From NCBI GenBank assembly GCA_012295275.1, contig CM022668.1, forward strand, positions 13,392,001 through 13,456,000: a DNA stretch of 64,000 nucleotides. The letters run 5' to 3'. Origin of the DNA: Chrysomallon squamiferum. Lineage: Eukaryota; Animalia; Mollusca. Under the pieces are notes generated by a model that did not search any database, was not told the DNA's origin, and saw only the letters and a program-made list of their open reading frames with translations. The translations under genes were made by a program, and so were the position numbers. Positions 1 through 42,095 of this stretch are shown here, piece after piece (position 1 is the stretch's first letter; each line of letters begins with the position of its first letter).

Positions 1-648
1 CATTTTTTGGAAAAAGGAACAATAATTTCCTGATTAATAATTTTTAGTTTCAATTTTACAGTGATATATTAAAAAATTTTAACATTTTTGTATAAAATGT
101 CACAATAAAAATTTGCATAGCAAAGTATATGTATGAAGCAGTATATAAATAAAAATTAACAAAAATAATCACAGCACTCCTGAATACATAATAATGTACC
201 ATCAGTTCAAAAAAATAAAACTCAATCCCACCATAAAATACAAAGATCCTCCAAATTTGATAAATTGAAAAAAATATATATTTGTTTTAATTAGTTTTCT
301 TTCAAAATAATTCCTTTTTAATAGCATTTTGCCATTATCAGAATTATGAATAGTTAAAAATTGTTCGGATATAATAAAAGACAAAAAAATTGATTTAACA
401 GCAATAAAACTTTCATTAAACACTTATTAAAATTTAATATTTTTCTTGTATGACTGATCCTTTCTCTTCAACATCATCCTCATTTCCAATAAAAATTTTC
501 TTTTCTTTAAATCTTTTCTATTCACTTTCTTTTATCAAACATTAATTCTGTTCCATGTGGCAATTATTTTTTCCTTCACATCCAATCCCGGTACATACTT
601 CTTTTCTTTACAGTCAAAACAAAATCCCATTCCACATTGTTTCTCAGT

Positions 649-13861
<13,213 letters not shown>

Positions 13862-14008
13862 CTGAAGTAAAAAATTTATATTTTTAAAAAAAATAAAAAT
13901 TAAAAATAAACTAAAGTAAAGCAGAAACATATAATAAATAGTGTGATGTAATGTAGGACAGTACAGAGTGTATGACAGAGTAAATGACAGAATAATGTGA
14001 GTTTGAGT

Positions 14009-14094
<86 letters not shown>

Positions 14095-14734
14095 ATGGGC
14101 TGTATGTGAATAGTGTAGTGTGTGTGTATGTGTTTGTGCTTTGTATGTATGTTTAGTATGTTTGTATACATATTTATTGTGTCAATATATTTATGTAAGT
14201 ATGTAACTGTGCATATTTGGGTATGCAAGTATAATATTCATATGCAATATGTCTATATCAGTGTGTGTGTTTGAGTATGTCTGTAAATTTTGAAAGCTGT
14301 TCAACAAAATATATTTTTAAAACACAAAATCAAAATTTGAATACCCTAAAAAACACAATATTATTATAACATTTTAACAAATATCTAGTAATTAAATGAC
14401 AGTACCTCTCATAAACAGAATATATACTATGCACCTACCTCTTTATGATAAAACCATTCAATTACAAAACAAAATGTGATTCTCATTCTTGCAGATATTA
14501 GATAAATGCAATAATTTTAAAGAAGAATTTAAATCAAGAAAATGAAAATTGAACAAAAATAATCTGTTTAAAAAACAGTATTCATTCGATGCTATTGAAG
14601 GATTATGATCATAAGCACGTGCTGAATAAAGGCATGTGATTTAAACCAGGAACACTGAAAACCCCAGTCACGTTAAAAGATATTCAAAGGAAGGTTACTC
14701 ATTATGTATCACTGAGGGAATTCCAGAACTTGAC

Positions 14735-14840
14735 CTTTCATGTTTCCGCCAAAACTGAATCTTACAAATTGTAAGTGATAAGGGTATTTACCTAATGGTT
14801 ATCACGAGGTTACTCATAAACTTTCCAGAGAAACCACAGC

Positions 14841-14894
<54 letters not shown>

Positions 14895-15276
14895 AACAAT
14901 AATAACAACAATAATATAAATAAATAAATAAATAATAATATTAAAAAATATATTTAAATGAAGAAAAATATTAATTAAAAAAACAAAAACAAAAAACCAA
15001 AAAAAAAAAAAAAGAAGAAAAAAAGACAGAAGAAGAGAATTTTTTTTTTTATAATAATAATAAAATAAAAATACAAAAACACGAGCAACATTATTCTGGT
15101 TTACAGTTTTTAAAACACTGATATTATCTTGCAGTCTGCAGTAAAGTAAATTATAGTTTAAGACTGTTTGTTTATACAGAGAGGATAGTGAAAAGTTGTG
15201 GTGTCACCTCAAACTGTCTCGTATAATGTAGAATGGGATGTCTGACAAATGGGAGATGAAGACATGGAAGAACATT
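14735..15276 (-). CDS. Candidate upstream exons of the ankyrin gene (15208-15276 and a 20-nt microexon 14735-14754)
   Basis: Both are bounded by AG/GT; joined in phase they read MFFHVFISHLSDIPFYIIRDSLSFGGNMKG into IDQQFEDG. Splice sites are non-consensus and no domain is recognised. Confidence 0.3.
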
Positions 15277-16252
15277 CTGAAAACAGGACAGAACTGTAAA
15301 CTACCCCTAAGGGTTTATGCTTCTATCTTAAAAACATGAAAAAAAACCCCAATAAAATAAAAGAAAGAAAGAAAGAAAAAAAAAACCTTCACATCAAATC
15401 TATTTTTTAAATATTACCTACATCTTATTAATGCTTTGGTGAGCGATATGGATAATTTACCAGCCTAAGGCTGTTTGAGCACATAATGCCTTTTTAATCT
15501 CAATATAAATTTTATGTAATATGTAATACCATGTGTAACATTCATTTGCCATTTGCTACCAGGAAGGTATGAATGCATATGTGTGTGTGTGTGTGTCTGT
15601 GGGTGTGTTATAATCAATCAAGAACAACATATAAAATATAAATTTGACACTGAAAACATATTAATGGTAAAAAAAAACAAGGATAATATATCCTTGATTA
15701 CAAATTCTTCAGTGTATGTATGTGTCTGCACACACCACACCCACACCCACACAAACACACACACACACACACACAGAGACATGAACAGAAACGTTTAGCA
15801 AATTATGATAATGATCTAACAAGTAAAATGAATAACTAATCTGTTTGTAAAATAGTTTGCTGTTATTTATTAAAAGCTCTAAGTTGCATTAATAAGAACA
15901 TGAAACATTTGTAAATCTTTTAAACTGAAGTGAAAAAATAATTTTACAAAACTTGAAATCTTTTGTGTCAGTATTTAAATATTCCCATAAATAAAAATAT
16001 ACAAGCTTACATACATACTCACATACACTTATACATAATACATTCATATGCACACACACACACACACACATACTCACAAACACAGACATAAATACACATA
16101 CAATCCAATTATTCATCCAGAATTAAAAAGTTATAAAAAAGAATATTCATAACTATATAAATATTTTATATAAAATGTAGTGTTTTTAAATGTAGGCTTA
16201 CTGGTATATAACACTACTTACTGCATAGACACATATATGCATATATACACAT

Positions 16253-16303
<51 letters not shown>

Positions 16304-16965
16304 AAATACACTTTCACCGAACTCTTTTAACAAAGAAAAAAACAAAAACAAAACAAATACTAAATAAATAATAAAACAAAATCATTTTAAATAGTTAGAA
16401 AACAAAACAAAACAAAACAAAGAAAAATCTCTTCAAAATAAACACACACACAGAAGAAAGCTAGAAGACTGACATTACTAATCTATAAAAAAAAAAAACC
16501 CATAAATCATAATATCTAAAGTTATTTTTTTATATATATTCTTTTATCTTAAGACAGCAACAATGAAGAATTGTTTATCTGCATTTCTTATAATACTGAA
16601 TAGAAAACATAAAATATAAAATAAAAAATAATGAAATGAAAGTAACAATAAATAAAGACTAGAAAGAGTAAGATCAAAAGTTTAAAAAAGAAAAAAGAAA
16701 AAAGTTAAGTTTTATTAAGCTGCTCTAGATTGTTCTGAAACTGTGAGAGATCACGTATTTAAAAATAACATGTATGTACTACAGCCAACAATTTAATTTA
16801 TATTTTACTTTTTACTCTGACTGAATAATTAATAAATTTACAACTAAGTCTTACTAAACACACACTGAACAGGCAATCAACATGATCTAATTTGCTGACC
16901 CAAAGACACATCCGCAAGGATTGAAGACAAACTAAATGTATCAAGTTTCTGCTATATTATGAGCT

Positions 16966-17018
<53 letters not shown>

Positions 17019-17882
17019 AGCCACCCACCCAACCACCCACCCAACCACACACACATACACACACATACACACATATATATACACATACACACACACACAT
17101 ACATACATGCATGCAAATGCACACTACTAACCTTTTAATGACTTAATGAAGAAAATTAACATCCTGGAACACACATTTCACATCTTCAGATGTTGATTAT
17201 GAGATATCAAAAAATGAAATATGCTGAATCAAGATTACATCTGATTTATTGCAAGATTTAATACCTTTCAATGTATTTATTCCCATTGTTAACCAACAAA
17301 AGGCAATGACTTAGCAAAAAAATCAGGCATGAGTAACCAGTAATTGGAAAGTGACATTAATGACTGTAGAGAAATTAAAAACAACCACAAGAAAAGAATT
17401 TTACATACAGGTATGTACTGTCATAAGCAAATGATTAACTGTACACTTTGTACTTGTTATCAATGTATGTTATTACGTAAAACCATCAGTAATCAAGGCA
17501 ATATATACGTGAATGTAAACAAGTATTGTATTTCGTATCAGACTAGCATTAGAAGTAGAGTAATAGCAGTAGCAGTAGTAATAACTGTAGTAGCATTAGT
17601 AACAGTATTAGTAGTAATAGTAGTACTAGATGTACTAATCTTCATTGTAGTAGTAACTGTATTATTAGTAGTAATAGTTTAGATGTAATAAAAGTAGTAT
17701 TATAATAGTAGATATAGCTGTAATAGCAGTCACAGGTCATGGTAAAAATAGTAGTTGTAATAACAGTTGTAGTAGTTGCTGTAATAGTACTAACAGTAAT
17801 GGTACCATAGTAGTAGTGGTTGGAATGATAATAATAATGAAACAAAAAAATAATCAACCTAAAAAAAAAAAAAAAAAAAAAA

Positions 17883-17913
<31 letters not shown>

Positions 17914-18425
17914 TAAAATAACAATAATAAAAAAACTGGATATCTTTCTTTCAAAAGGTCTCCTATGCTCACTCTGCAAAAAGCTAAAAAAAAAAAAAAA
18001 AAAAAAAAAGCCTAAATGAACATTTGTTAAACTACAACAATTACCTCTACTGGTAGCAGTGTATAAACATAACAAAGTGTAACAAATAGGGCCTGCTTGA
18101 ATGAAATTTGTAAGGTCACTTGATATACACAAACACACAATACTTACGCTATAAAATAACATATCCAAAAATATCAATTACGCACTTGTACACAAATAAT
18201 AATAGAAAATGAAATCTGCATTTCTCACATTATAACATGTTAAAACAGGATGCAGAACTAAAACTGGTTAAAAAGAGGGAGATAGACAGAGGTGTTAAAG
18301 GTGTATGATAAATGACAGGTCTCTTATGACCCAGAAAATTAATACACGTTATTCTATTTATGGGTGTACTGGGTTAAACATTTATATAATTATGATAGTG
18401 TTTATGTATGTTTTTGAGTGTCTGT

Positions 18426-18507
<82 letters not shown>

Positions 18508-18706
18508 ATGTGTGTATCTGTTTATATGAGCTTATATGTGATTGCAAATATATTTGTACCAAATTTAAAAAAATATATATATAAAAAATAGAAATTTACA
18601 AACATGCCCAACATACTGAAATCTTTTTAATACCCTCTACAGTTCCAGAATAAGGCAGAAAAAGGCAATGAAATGAAGATAATTTAAATAAAATAGATAA
18701 ATATTA

Positions 18707-18753
<47 letters not shown>

Positions 18754-19528
18754 AATAATACATACAAATAAGACAAGAAGAAAAGAAATAAACTTTTAAA
18801 ATACTCTTCTATATCATTCCCACAGTGTAAATATTACAATTAAATTAAGATTTCAAAGATAAATTACAACATTAATATCCATATCCTCTTGGCTCACTGT
18901 AAGTAATTTTAGGTAAATATAACATCATGGTATGTACTGTCTTAATATACATTTCTTCTGATAGTAAATAACTATAAGATTTCTTCTCTTTACAGTGAAC
19001 TATAAGAACATCTTTCTATGACTTGGATAAAATGAGGTTAAATTCATGACACTGTGAGATTAAGATCAAGAGAGTAGGATGGTCTTTTGTTTATTTTATC
19101 AGGAATGCTGCTACTGATAACATATGTTAATTAATCTGATGGTTTTTCAGATCTAAACATTACTGTTTTACATATATATATATGGGCTTGTCAAGACATT
19201 ATAACATCATAGTTTAATTCTGTTATCACAATATTATATTTGAAATATTTAAAATTTTATTTGCAGTTCTAATGGTAATACACACTGCAATACTCTTGTA
19301 CAAACACATTAATATGTATGCATATACAAAAAGAAGTGTAACATAAGTAATGATTTATGTAAACAGCCAGAAATATAACACCAACATATACAAATGCATG
19401 CATAACCATATACACAGAAGAAGCCTACACATAAACTCATCCAAACCAATTCTCACTTCCTCACAAACCACAATTTCATCACTTAAACTTACTGTTAACA
19501 TATTATTATTATGTGTATTATAAGTAAA

Positions 19529-19563
<35 letters not shown>

Positions 19564-20984
19564 TATTTTATATTCATTATATTCTTGTTACCAAAACATA
19601 ATACATCAAGCAGGATACTTTTCTGGGTATTCAAAACAGTAGAAAAGTGAGTATTAATCAGACTGGCTGATAAAGTAATTAATCTGATAACTTACATACT
19701 TGTACTGACTGGTACCCAGTATCATCAACACTGTGTTTGTTAAACGATATCTCATCTATAGGATTTTATCAAGAAAAAAAAGTAAAATTAAAAATAAAAC
19801 AGAATAACAAAATAAAAACAAAACAACAAATGAATCATTTGATCATACTTCCTCAAACAGATAAGTAGTGGTATATATTTATCTACAGCACTAGAAACAT
19901 ACAATTTCACTATCTCTGAATTTTGAATTCTTCACCTTCCTATTAGAAAATGTAACTGTACACAGACATATACACAGACAGACATATACACGAACAAACA
20001 TATATGAACTCACACACCTACATACACACACACACACAAACACAAACACAATATATTTGCATTTTATAAATTTCTTTAAAAAATACAATAGTATTATAAA
20101 TTCAGAAAACAATTTTAAACCAAAAGATTATTATAAAAATTCAATTCTATTTTTTTAACCAACATATTTTTCCTCTAGCTGCATATAATTCTTCTCTTTG
20201 TTTTGTATTCAAATCAGTAAATAGAATTATTTTCAAAAACTTATTTACATATATATGCACTAATACACAAACTGTAAATATTCAAAAACAAAACCAGTTA
20301 TTAAATATTTTATAAAATAACAAAATAAAAAATAAAAATAAAATAAAGATAAAGAAAAAAGATAAAGAAAAAAGAAAAAGGAAGAAGAATAAAAGGAAAC
20401 TATAAATATAAATACATTAATATAAGAAATTAAAAATATTTTCCAGTTACTTCAAAATCAAAACAAACCTCTAAAAGAAACATCCTTGTTAACTAACAAA
20501 ATGCAGCACTGATACACATAAGAAATACTGTACACATTAACAAATACTAACCCAAGTTATAATACAGATAATTTAAAATATCTCACCACTTTCTTGCAGA
20601 CAACTCAGAAAGTGACTAAGCCTAGTAAATTATGAATATACTGACATTCCCATTGGCTGACATTTAAAATTAAAGAGAGGCAGATTTTTCAATTGGCTCA
20701 TGTGTGAAAATAAATAAATTACTGGCGGTTCTGTAAAAGTGATGTTGAAATGGTCATGAAGTGTAATATATACTGTTTTTCTACCATGTTTTAACACTAC
20801 AAATGCAATTACATACAGGGATTTCAAAAGTATCAGAAAAGATTAAAAAATCAGAAATATTAGAACAGAATAAAATGTGATTTAAGAGTTTAGAAGATGT
20901 ATGTGTATGTATGGGAGAGTAAGAATTTGTGTTAGGGAGTGAAATGCTAAATCCAAATATTTCTGAAGTGTACCTAAGTATTTA

Positions 20985-21025
<41 letters not shown>

Positions 21026-21442
21026 TTTCTGTACATATGTATCTGCAAAGACACTGGGGTCTCAATGTGTCTGTTTATGCAGTTTGTGTATGTATATGCA
21101 AGCATATGTATTTAAAGTTATCCTTATATGTATTTGCGTAAGTGAATATATATATCAACCTTAATACTAGTGGATATGTGTCTGTATAAGCATGTGACTG
21201 CGGACATATAAATAAATTAAATTAATAAATATTTAAGAAACAGGATTTGAAGTAACATGCACTTATTGACTTGCCCTGAGGTTTTTTTTTTTTTTTTTTG
21301 TTTTAACTGTAAACAACTGAAAACTATTTGTAGTTATGCATGGTTGAAATTTACAACCCTGAAGGATTAGTGAAAATTAAATTCTTGAACTTTTTTCACT
21401 ATAATTACATTTATTAATGTTATGCAAAAATATTTGTTTTTA

Positions 21443-21477
<35 letters not shown>

Positions 21478-22675
21478 GTTACTAGAAATAAACATGAGTA
21501 GGGTGACATTAAAAAAAGTACAGTTTTAAAAATTATAAAAGAAATAAAAAGATTAAAATAAAAAAAATAACTGCCAACTAACATCAAGATATTTTCTTTT
21601 CTTTTTCTTCTATTTTCATTTTTTTTTTGGCTAAAAGATACAAGCAATTACAGTGAATGTCATCTTTCTCAAATATTTGCATAAAACAGTAATAATTATT
21701 TAAAATGTACAGCTTCAAAAACCTGTTTCCCTTTTTCCAAACAGTTTGGGCTTCAAGTAAATATAAAAACATTCAGCACATTTCTAGTAAACATCCTGAT
21801 TCTGGGTCATTCACACCATTAGCCTGAAAGTGTGCGCTGAATAACAAATGATGTGCAGATCAAGAATGTTGAGATATCATACCTACATATGCTTGGAAAC
21901 AGTTCTTGGACAGAACTAGGGTAGGGGATATGCTTCCAAAAATTAACCCAGCAATAAGGCCTACATATTGGCATAAGGTATTTTTATGTTTTTTTTTTTT
22001 AAACTGATTTTTTTTTTTTTTTTTTTTTTAGATTTATCGTTTTTAATGATGGGTTACAAACAGGTAATCCCATCATTAGATCTGCTACTGTTAATACAGT
22101 TTTGTATGGTATTTTATTTATCATGTTGCTACAACTGTAATACAGAAATTTTGAATGTGTCAAAGTGTCATAAAAGATGCCAGACTTCAGCTTACATAAA
22201 AACAATAAAAACAAGCTTATCTGTGTTCAAGATAAGTTTGGTTAAAATGTTAAAATAATAAACAGAGAGCAGAGTTTGTCTAATAAAATTTCTTCCACCA
22301 TCTCATTTAAATCCAAAACTCAGAATTAAATCTGAACAGATACTGAATCCTATATCTCATCTTAACAAAAATTACTCAGCTTTAGTAAAATAACAATCAT
22401 TTTGCCACTGCCATACAAAACAGATTTTGGACCAAATGTTTCAGTGATTATCCTAAATACCATAAACCACTGTATTTTTATGATTCATATTTAATTTTGA
22501 AATGGCAAAATTATGCACCTATTTCTATTTGAAATGAAAATCAAAACTGGCATGTACAGAAAAAAATAAAAAGCACATATATGTGCTTGTCTGCAGTTAT
22601 GTGTGTTTGTGTGTGTGATAATGTTTGTATGAGTATGTAATGTACATCTTTAAATAGTATAATATAGGTATAAAT

Positions 22676-23542
22676 CTAAAAAAAAAAAAAAAAAAAAAAA
22701 AAACTACGGACAAGAGAAAGGTCAATTAGGCACTTGAGAAGTCTGACAGGTCCACAGGTCACTGACAGTTTGCAAAGGTCAAGGACAGCACCTCGAATCA
22801 ATGTTAGCTGTAACCCAGAATTTCTTAAAAGATTTTTCAACTCTGCTTCTTTTGGCCACAGTGAGGAAAACTCAACCAGCGAATCGCCCTGCTTGAAGGG
22901 ATGAAAAGACAATGCTGGCAACCAGAAGATATTTCTCGGATCATCGTAAGTATCACTCGGAATACATGATTCATCATATGACGTCAAGAGGTTTTTTCTC
23001 TTTAGTGCCTGATTAACAATTACTCTGTTTCTGGGAGGATCAAAGAACTTGTGCCTATGGAAACGCTTGCATGAACATGGTGAAACTGCATAAGACTCAT
23101 GAAAAGCCTTTTGTTCTTGTAAATATGTCGACCGAGAAAGATAAAGCTGTGTTGATTGTGTCTTTGAAGTCTGCGATCTTTCAAGCTGTTTCTTACGTAT
23201 TTCTGGATTTCGAATATTGTGTTGAAATTTGGAGGAAGCTAACTGGACGCCATGCGACAAATCTTGCTGTGAATCAATTTCTCGCTTGTCTTGGTTTTGT
23301 CTGTATCTTGCTGCAGAATGTGGCGTGTGTCTGCTTGTGCCCCATGGACTAACTTGAACACTTTCAGTGAAGCTTTTTTGGTGGGTGTGGTCCAGATTCT
23401 GAGTGTCTGAATGCATGGCTTCCACCCAAAGAGACTGAGTAAAATCCTGTCCAGTTCTTTGGCCACCACGCCAATACAAAGCTCTCTTTGGGATACTGTT
23501 TCCTGAACTGATTTGAACCGAATTTGGAACATAGGGAAGCAT
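22676..23542 (-). CDS. Uncharacterised 288-aa ORF, apparently single exon
   Basis: Long non-repetitive ORF, more GC-rich than its flanks, ATG in tcaaaATG context. No recognisable domain; it runs into a poly-T tract, so the C-terminus is uncertain. Confidence 0.5.
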   Translation of the reverse strand: MLPYVPNSVQISSGNSIPKRALYWRGGQRTGQDFTQSLWVEAMHSDTQNLDHTHQKSFTESVQVSPWGTSRHTPHSAARYRQNQDKREIDSQQDLSHGVQLASSKFQHNIRNPEIRKKQLERSQTSKTQSTQLYLSRSTYLQEQKAFHESYAVSPCSCKRFHRHKFFDPPRNRVIVNQALKRKNLLTSYDESCIPSDTYDDPRNIFWLPALSFHPFKQGDSLVEFSSLWPKEAELKNLLRNSGLQLTLIRGAVLDLCKLSVTCGPVRLLKCLIDLSLVRSFFFFFFFF

Positions 23543-24975
23543 TTTGATAATTTTTAAAAGAAATTTACTTAAATAATTAGTTTAAAAAAAATTAATTTCA
23601 ACTCGATTTTAAAAATTAACTTTATTACCATTTTAATTATAATTTTAAATCTTTTTGCTTGTTTTAAAACCATTTTTTTTTTATTTCACATGATTTTGTC
23701 ATATAGTTACCATTATTTATTAAAATGACAGATAATTTATTTTATAACTATTTGGAATTCATAATTTAAAAATAAAATGTTGAATAAGATTTCAGTAGTA
23801 GTCTCCCCTTCAGTGTTATCAATTTAAAATTCAGCATGATTAATATTCTAAATCATAAATGAAATAAATAAATAAGTAAAAATATAAATGTTCTTGTGAT
23901 TAAATAAATATTGTATTGTTATGGTTTACCTGTGGGAATAAAAATATTATGGGTGAATAAGCAAAGGATAAAAAAAATGAGTTCATTAATTTATTAAGTA
24001 TAATAATAAATGTTTCTGGGTGAAAATTAAGTTTGTAAAAGCTGATTTAATTACTCTACTTATAATATAAGAACTACAAAAAGTTCTAATTAAAAAAAAT
24101 ATAAAAACAGATGTCATTATTATTACTACTGCTGTTTTATTAAGTGGCTTATTAATCACCCAGTCTTTTTAGTATATTAACACCAGCAGGGCGAAAAATC
24201 TAAGAATTGTTAAGTCTGTTTGTTCTCTATTGCCAAGGAGCATTAATCTCATTGTAAATTCTATGAATATTCATAAAGCTGTATAGCTTGCTGTCTTTAC
24301 ATGATTAAACACACAAATGTTTTCTCCAAGAACAAAACTTAAATATTTTAAGGGTTCAAGCATAAAAGTGAGTGCTGAGCATGTTTGAAGCAGAGGTGGT
24401 GAGGTTGAAAAGTTAGTGCCATTTGTGATTGTCATAATCATCTATACTGAAAGCAGTATTTAAGATCACCAGTTGTCCTTTCTTGATTTTCTTCTTCAGT
24501 TTATGAGAGTAGGAAAAGTATAGTTTTTAATAATTACTGCAAATGAAGAATTAAATACATTCATTGATCAATAACATAGAAATGTTAATCAATTTTTAGA
24601 ATAAACTTTTGTTACTTTAGAATAAACATTATGTTATGGAAATAATTTTTGGCTTTTTCATAATAAAAACAAAAATGAAAACAACAATTAAATAAATAAG
24701 TCAGAAAATAACCCTAAATAGTTAAAAAAAACTAAAAACTTTCATAATTGTAATCACTTTGAACTAAATGTAAGATCAGTATAAGTATGTCTGGTTTAAA
24801 GACATTCATGTTTTTATTACTATATGGAAAAATTATTTTGAACCTAACTTTATTTAGTATCAGTATTATAATTAATGAATATTCATGTACATTACAACAG
24901 AAATACAAAAACCTTAATTATTATGTATGTACATAAATATTTTAACTAATCTTGTTAAAGCCAATATTTACTGAC

Positions 24976-25006
<31 letters not shown>

Positions 25007-25030
25007 TAATAAAAATAATACATACATACA

Positions 25031-25062
<32 letters not shown>

Positions 25063-25758
25063 CATTGATACATAAATATACATGTGGCTGTCCAGATAGC
25101 CTAAATAGACCTGGCAGATCTCCAAATATTTGTTGTATTTGCTAATTGACAATAATATAACAAACAACCTGGGATGCATCATGATTTTTTTTTACCTATT
25201 TTCATGATACTATTACAAGTCCATGATAAACTGAGAATGTGACAACAGTACAATGATAAAATTCAAGTCTTTTTCTAACATACAAAGGACATCAAAGTAA
25301 TACATCTTATCAAGGTTCTTGTCATTCTTTATTATTAGAAAAGACCATAAAATAAAAAGTACTAAGGAAATAGAGTGACTAGCATTTCCCTTCAGCTGAA
25401 TCAGCTTTTAGTATGTAGAATATTTTAAAGAAGTAAAATGAATTAATAATAACAAATTGCTGATAAATGAAGATAAAATAAATTTCCAGTAATTTTCTGG
25501 ATAAACCTTCTTCTTCTTCTTCTTTTTCTGGTTTTGTTTACCAAATTTTGTATCATGAATGTAAAATGAAAATGTGTCATATATTTATTATATTAGGCTT
25601 ATTATTCTATTGTTTAATTTTAAATTGCAAAGTTCATTTATGCTGGAATCACTGGAACAAAATGTATTTAGGTTATTATTATTATTATTATTTATGAATA
25701 ACATTAATGTGGACTATGTAAAACCTGCATTATTGATATACAAATGTTTATATCGTTC

Positions 25759-25835
<77 letters not shown>

Positions 25836-26605
25836 AATAAATAAATAAAAAAGAACTTGTCTTTAGACATATAATTTTGATTTTAGGGCGGGTTGCTTTG
25901 ATCCCTAGGGCCTCTTAAGCCTACAAAACGCCAGTTAGTTGAGTAAAAATAAACTTAGGTCAAGATAGTAACAATCATGGAGACCCAGTCTAAATAATTT
26001 TAGGACAATTGCAGATTCAGAAATTCTGGAATAAGATATACTGTTTAATGGAGTTAACGGGTAGAGTGTACATCTTTATTAATGAACATCACAGGTAATT
26101 ATCTACATGTTCATAATCATCGTAACAGATTTTGAGATTACGTGTTATTACGACGATTATGGAAGTATATCCGCCCCCATCAGGCTATGATATTCTATAA
26201 TCCTAATAAATAAAAGCTTTACAAACAATAACGCAACCAAAATGTTTAACCTGATAACTTATAAAAAATATGATATCAAAGGTACAAACCATTGTTTTTG
26301 CAAGGTTACTCTGTTTTGTTTTGACAGATCAAAACAAAATACGTCTGCTGACTCGTTTGTTGGACATACAAAACTCCTCCTTTTTACATTGCGCACTAAC
26401 AAACCAGAACAGAGAATGAAGTCTCATAAGTAATAAATATTGTTAGAAATATATTATATCTTTTCGTTCGTCTTTCAGAAAGATATAAATTTGCTTATCT
26501 AATTTTGTGTTTAATAATTTTATTATTACAAATCTACAATTAAATTCAGGATACTTTTTTATAACGTCATTTGAAACCAATATATATTATTGATAACACA
26601 AGACA

Positions 26606-26641
<36 letters not shown>

Positions 26642-27011
26642 ATATATATAGATATATATTAATTAAATAGGCTCGATATTAAAAATATAAATAGATACCA
26701 TGGCAGTAAATATTTAATTAAATATTAACACTGATGACAGATATGTATGAGATAAGTTATCTCCCCTAAACAAAATCTTTATAAAGTTTTCTGAAAAGTA
26801 CGAAAATACTTCCTGTTTTGTAAGTTTCTGTGTTCGTAAATTCTTTTTCGTTGGATATTTATAATGTATTCTTCTGAGACGTGAATATTGCGTAAAACAG
26901 TAAGAACACATTTTAATTGTTTTTATACTGAACAATCGTTTTATTAATATAATTTTAAGGCAACATTTTAAACAGTTAATTAGGGTTATGACTACGTTTA
27001 CTTTTTAGATT

Positions 27012-27050
<39 letters not shown>

Positions 27051-28488
27051 ATTATTTTATTTTCACATACGACTCTTCATTTCTGTAACCCTTTAGTCTT
27101 CATAAGTTAGTAGAAAAGTCATTAACACCAGTTTACAACTTTATTTTTAGGATAATATATATAATATATAATTATCTAGCATGCTGTTTGGATGTTAATA
27201 GCCGTGATCTGTTATCTAATACTACTAAAGTACTAGTAATAGTAGTATACTATATACTAATACTAATACTGTAATACTTACCGGAATCAAATAACGATGT
27301 AAATAACGAATAATATATACATAGCGGCAGTCACCTTGCCAAAATAACTTAGTGACAAATAATTAGTTTTCATTTTTAAATGATAAACACTCATTGTCAT
27401 TGTGTACACAAATTACCAACATACAAACATGGACGTTTTCATTCGTACATCATATATATATAATGATATCTTCTTTTTGCAGAATCTGTCAAATAAAAGT
27501 TTTGTTCTTGACACTGTGTACATACATAGTGGAATACGTAGCCTTTGATAGTAAACCTTTCTGAAGAGATTTGCCAGCAAGTAAACAATTAGAAAACGTT
27601 TACATGTTCTGAAAATATTAGATCACTGTATACATCACTGACTGAAAAACAAACAACAACAAACAATAAAAAAACCCTCCCCCCCAAAAAAAAAATAAAA
27701 TGAAAAAAAAAAAAAAAAATTATTACAATTTTTACCTTTCCTAATATAAAGTGAAGATGTGCCCGAAATGTCCATATACTACTAAAAATATCAGCAATCT
27801 AAGATCTAGTACTCTGGAATAATTTTAAAAACTGATATCAAGTCATTTTGTTTAGACAGGAATACACAAAACAATGTTGTATAATAAACAATACATAAGA
27901 CACTGGAACTGAAGTAGTGCGATAAGTCACCAGCAAGGATTGATCCTGGAACATATTATTCTGTGAAGTAACTGTACCCTATAGCATGATAATCCCTTTT
28001 TTATTTTTTTTTTAAAAAAAATTTATAATGAAATTGTCTGTTTAACAAGCCAAAGAGATCTGTACATATGGAAATCACATTATACCCTCCTGTTGTAAAC
28101 CAGCCATGGGGCACTGCCTGAAGTGATAGATAATCCAGTGTGGGTGTGGCAGTTAGGACTGAATCCAGAATATATTGCTCCTTAAATCCTAAATAATCTG
28201 TCAACCATAGGCTTTATAATTATATATTGAATAACAACAACAACAAGTAAATAAATAACTAAATAAAAACATTTTGGCTTTATGCTTGCCAGCTGAGTCA
28301 CTAATTATGACTCAGTATCAAAACTAGGAATTAAACCATAATAAGATGTGACTTGTAGTCCATTAATCCTTGAAGAATCCTCCATCTCTTAACAAGTAAC
28401 AACTACATAATGTTACATTTTCTGCAGATTAACTATGTGAGAAAGAACGACACCGATGCATGTAGGAGCCTAGGAGTAGGAGCCAGAT

Positions 28489-41366
<12,878 letters not shown>

Positions 41367-42095
41367 CGGACAAACATAACATAACTAAACTCCGCCCACT
41401 TGTCAATGTGAAGAAGAGACTAAGAGGTGTGGGGGGGTTTTGGTTTTTTTTTTTTTTTTATATTCAAGAGGATTTTGAGTGATAGTTCTAGGTTCAACCC
41501 ACCAGTCAAATCAGAAAAAAAAAAAAAAAAAAAAAAAAAAACGTTGTCCAAGTACGATAATTTATTTAGCACGGAAGGAAAGAGGATATTATATATACAT
41601 GAATAATTTGTGTATAAGACTTTTGAATTCAAAATTTGATCGACTCCGCCCACCTGTCAGTCATTTGAAGAAGCTAAAAAAAAAAAAAAAATTAAAATAT
41701 CTTTCTGTCTCCCAGTTACATCAGTTTGACTGCCATTTCAATCTTTAGTTAAAGACAAAAAGCAAAACAGAGCAGGGTAAAAAAAAAAATATATATATAT
41801 TTGTAAATACTGAAGCATGATTATAAATATCAACGAAGGAGTGAATTTATTGAAGGATGGATGGATGGATGGATGAAAGAATGAAAGCTAAACACTAGCA
41901 AGCAGTCTTTGGCTTAATTGTTTATACGTTTATTTATTATGTAAATATGCATTACTTTTGTATAATGGTTGATAATCTATGTAAATTATGAGGGCTATGC
42001 AAAAAATCACAATACTGTTATGATTTATGCATGTAAACTGAACTCTTTTTTTTATATATATATTATTTTAAAATATATATTTACTTAGCATGATG

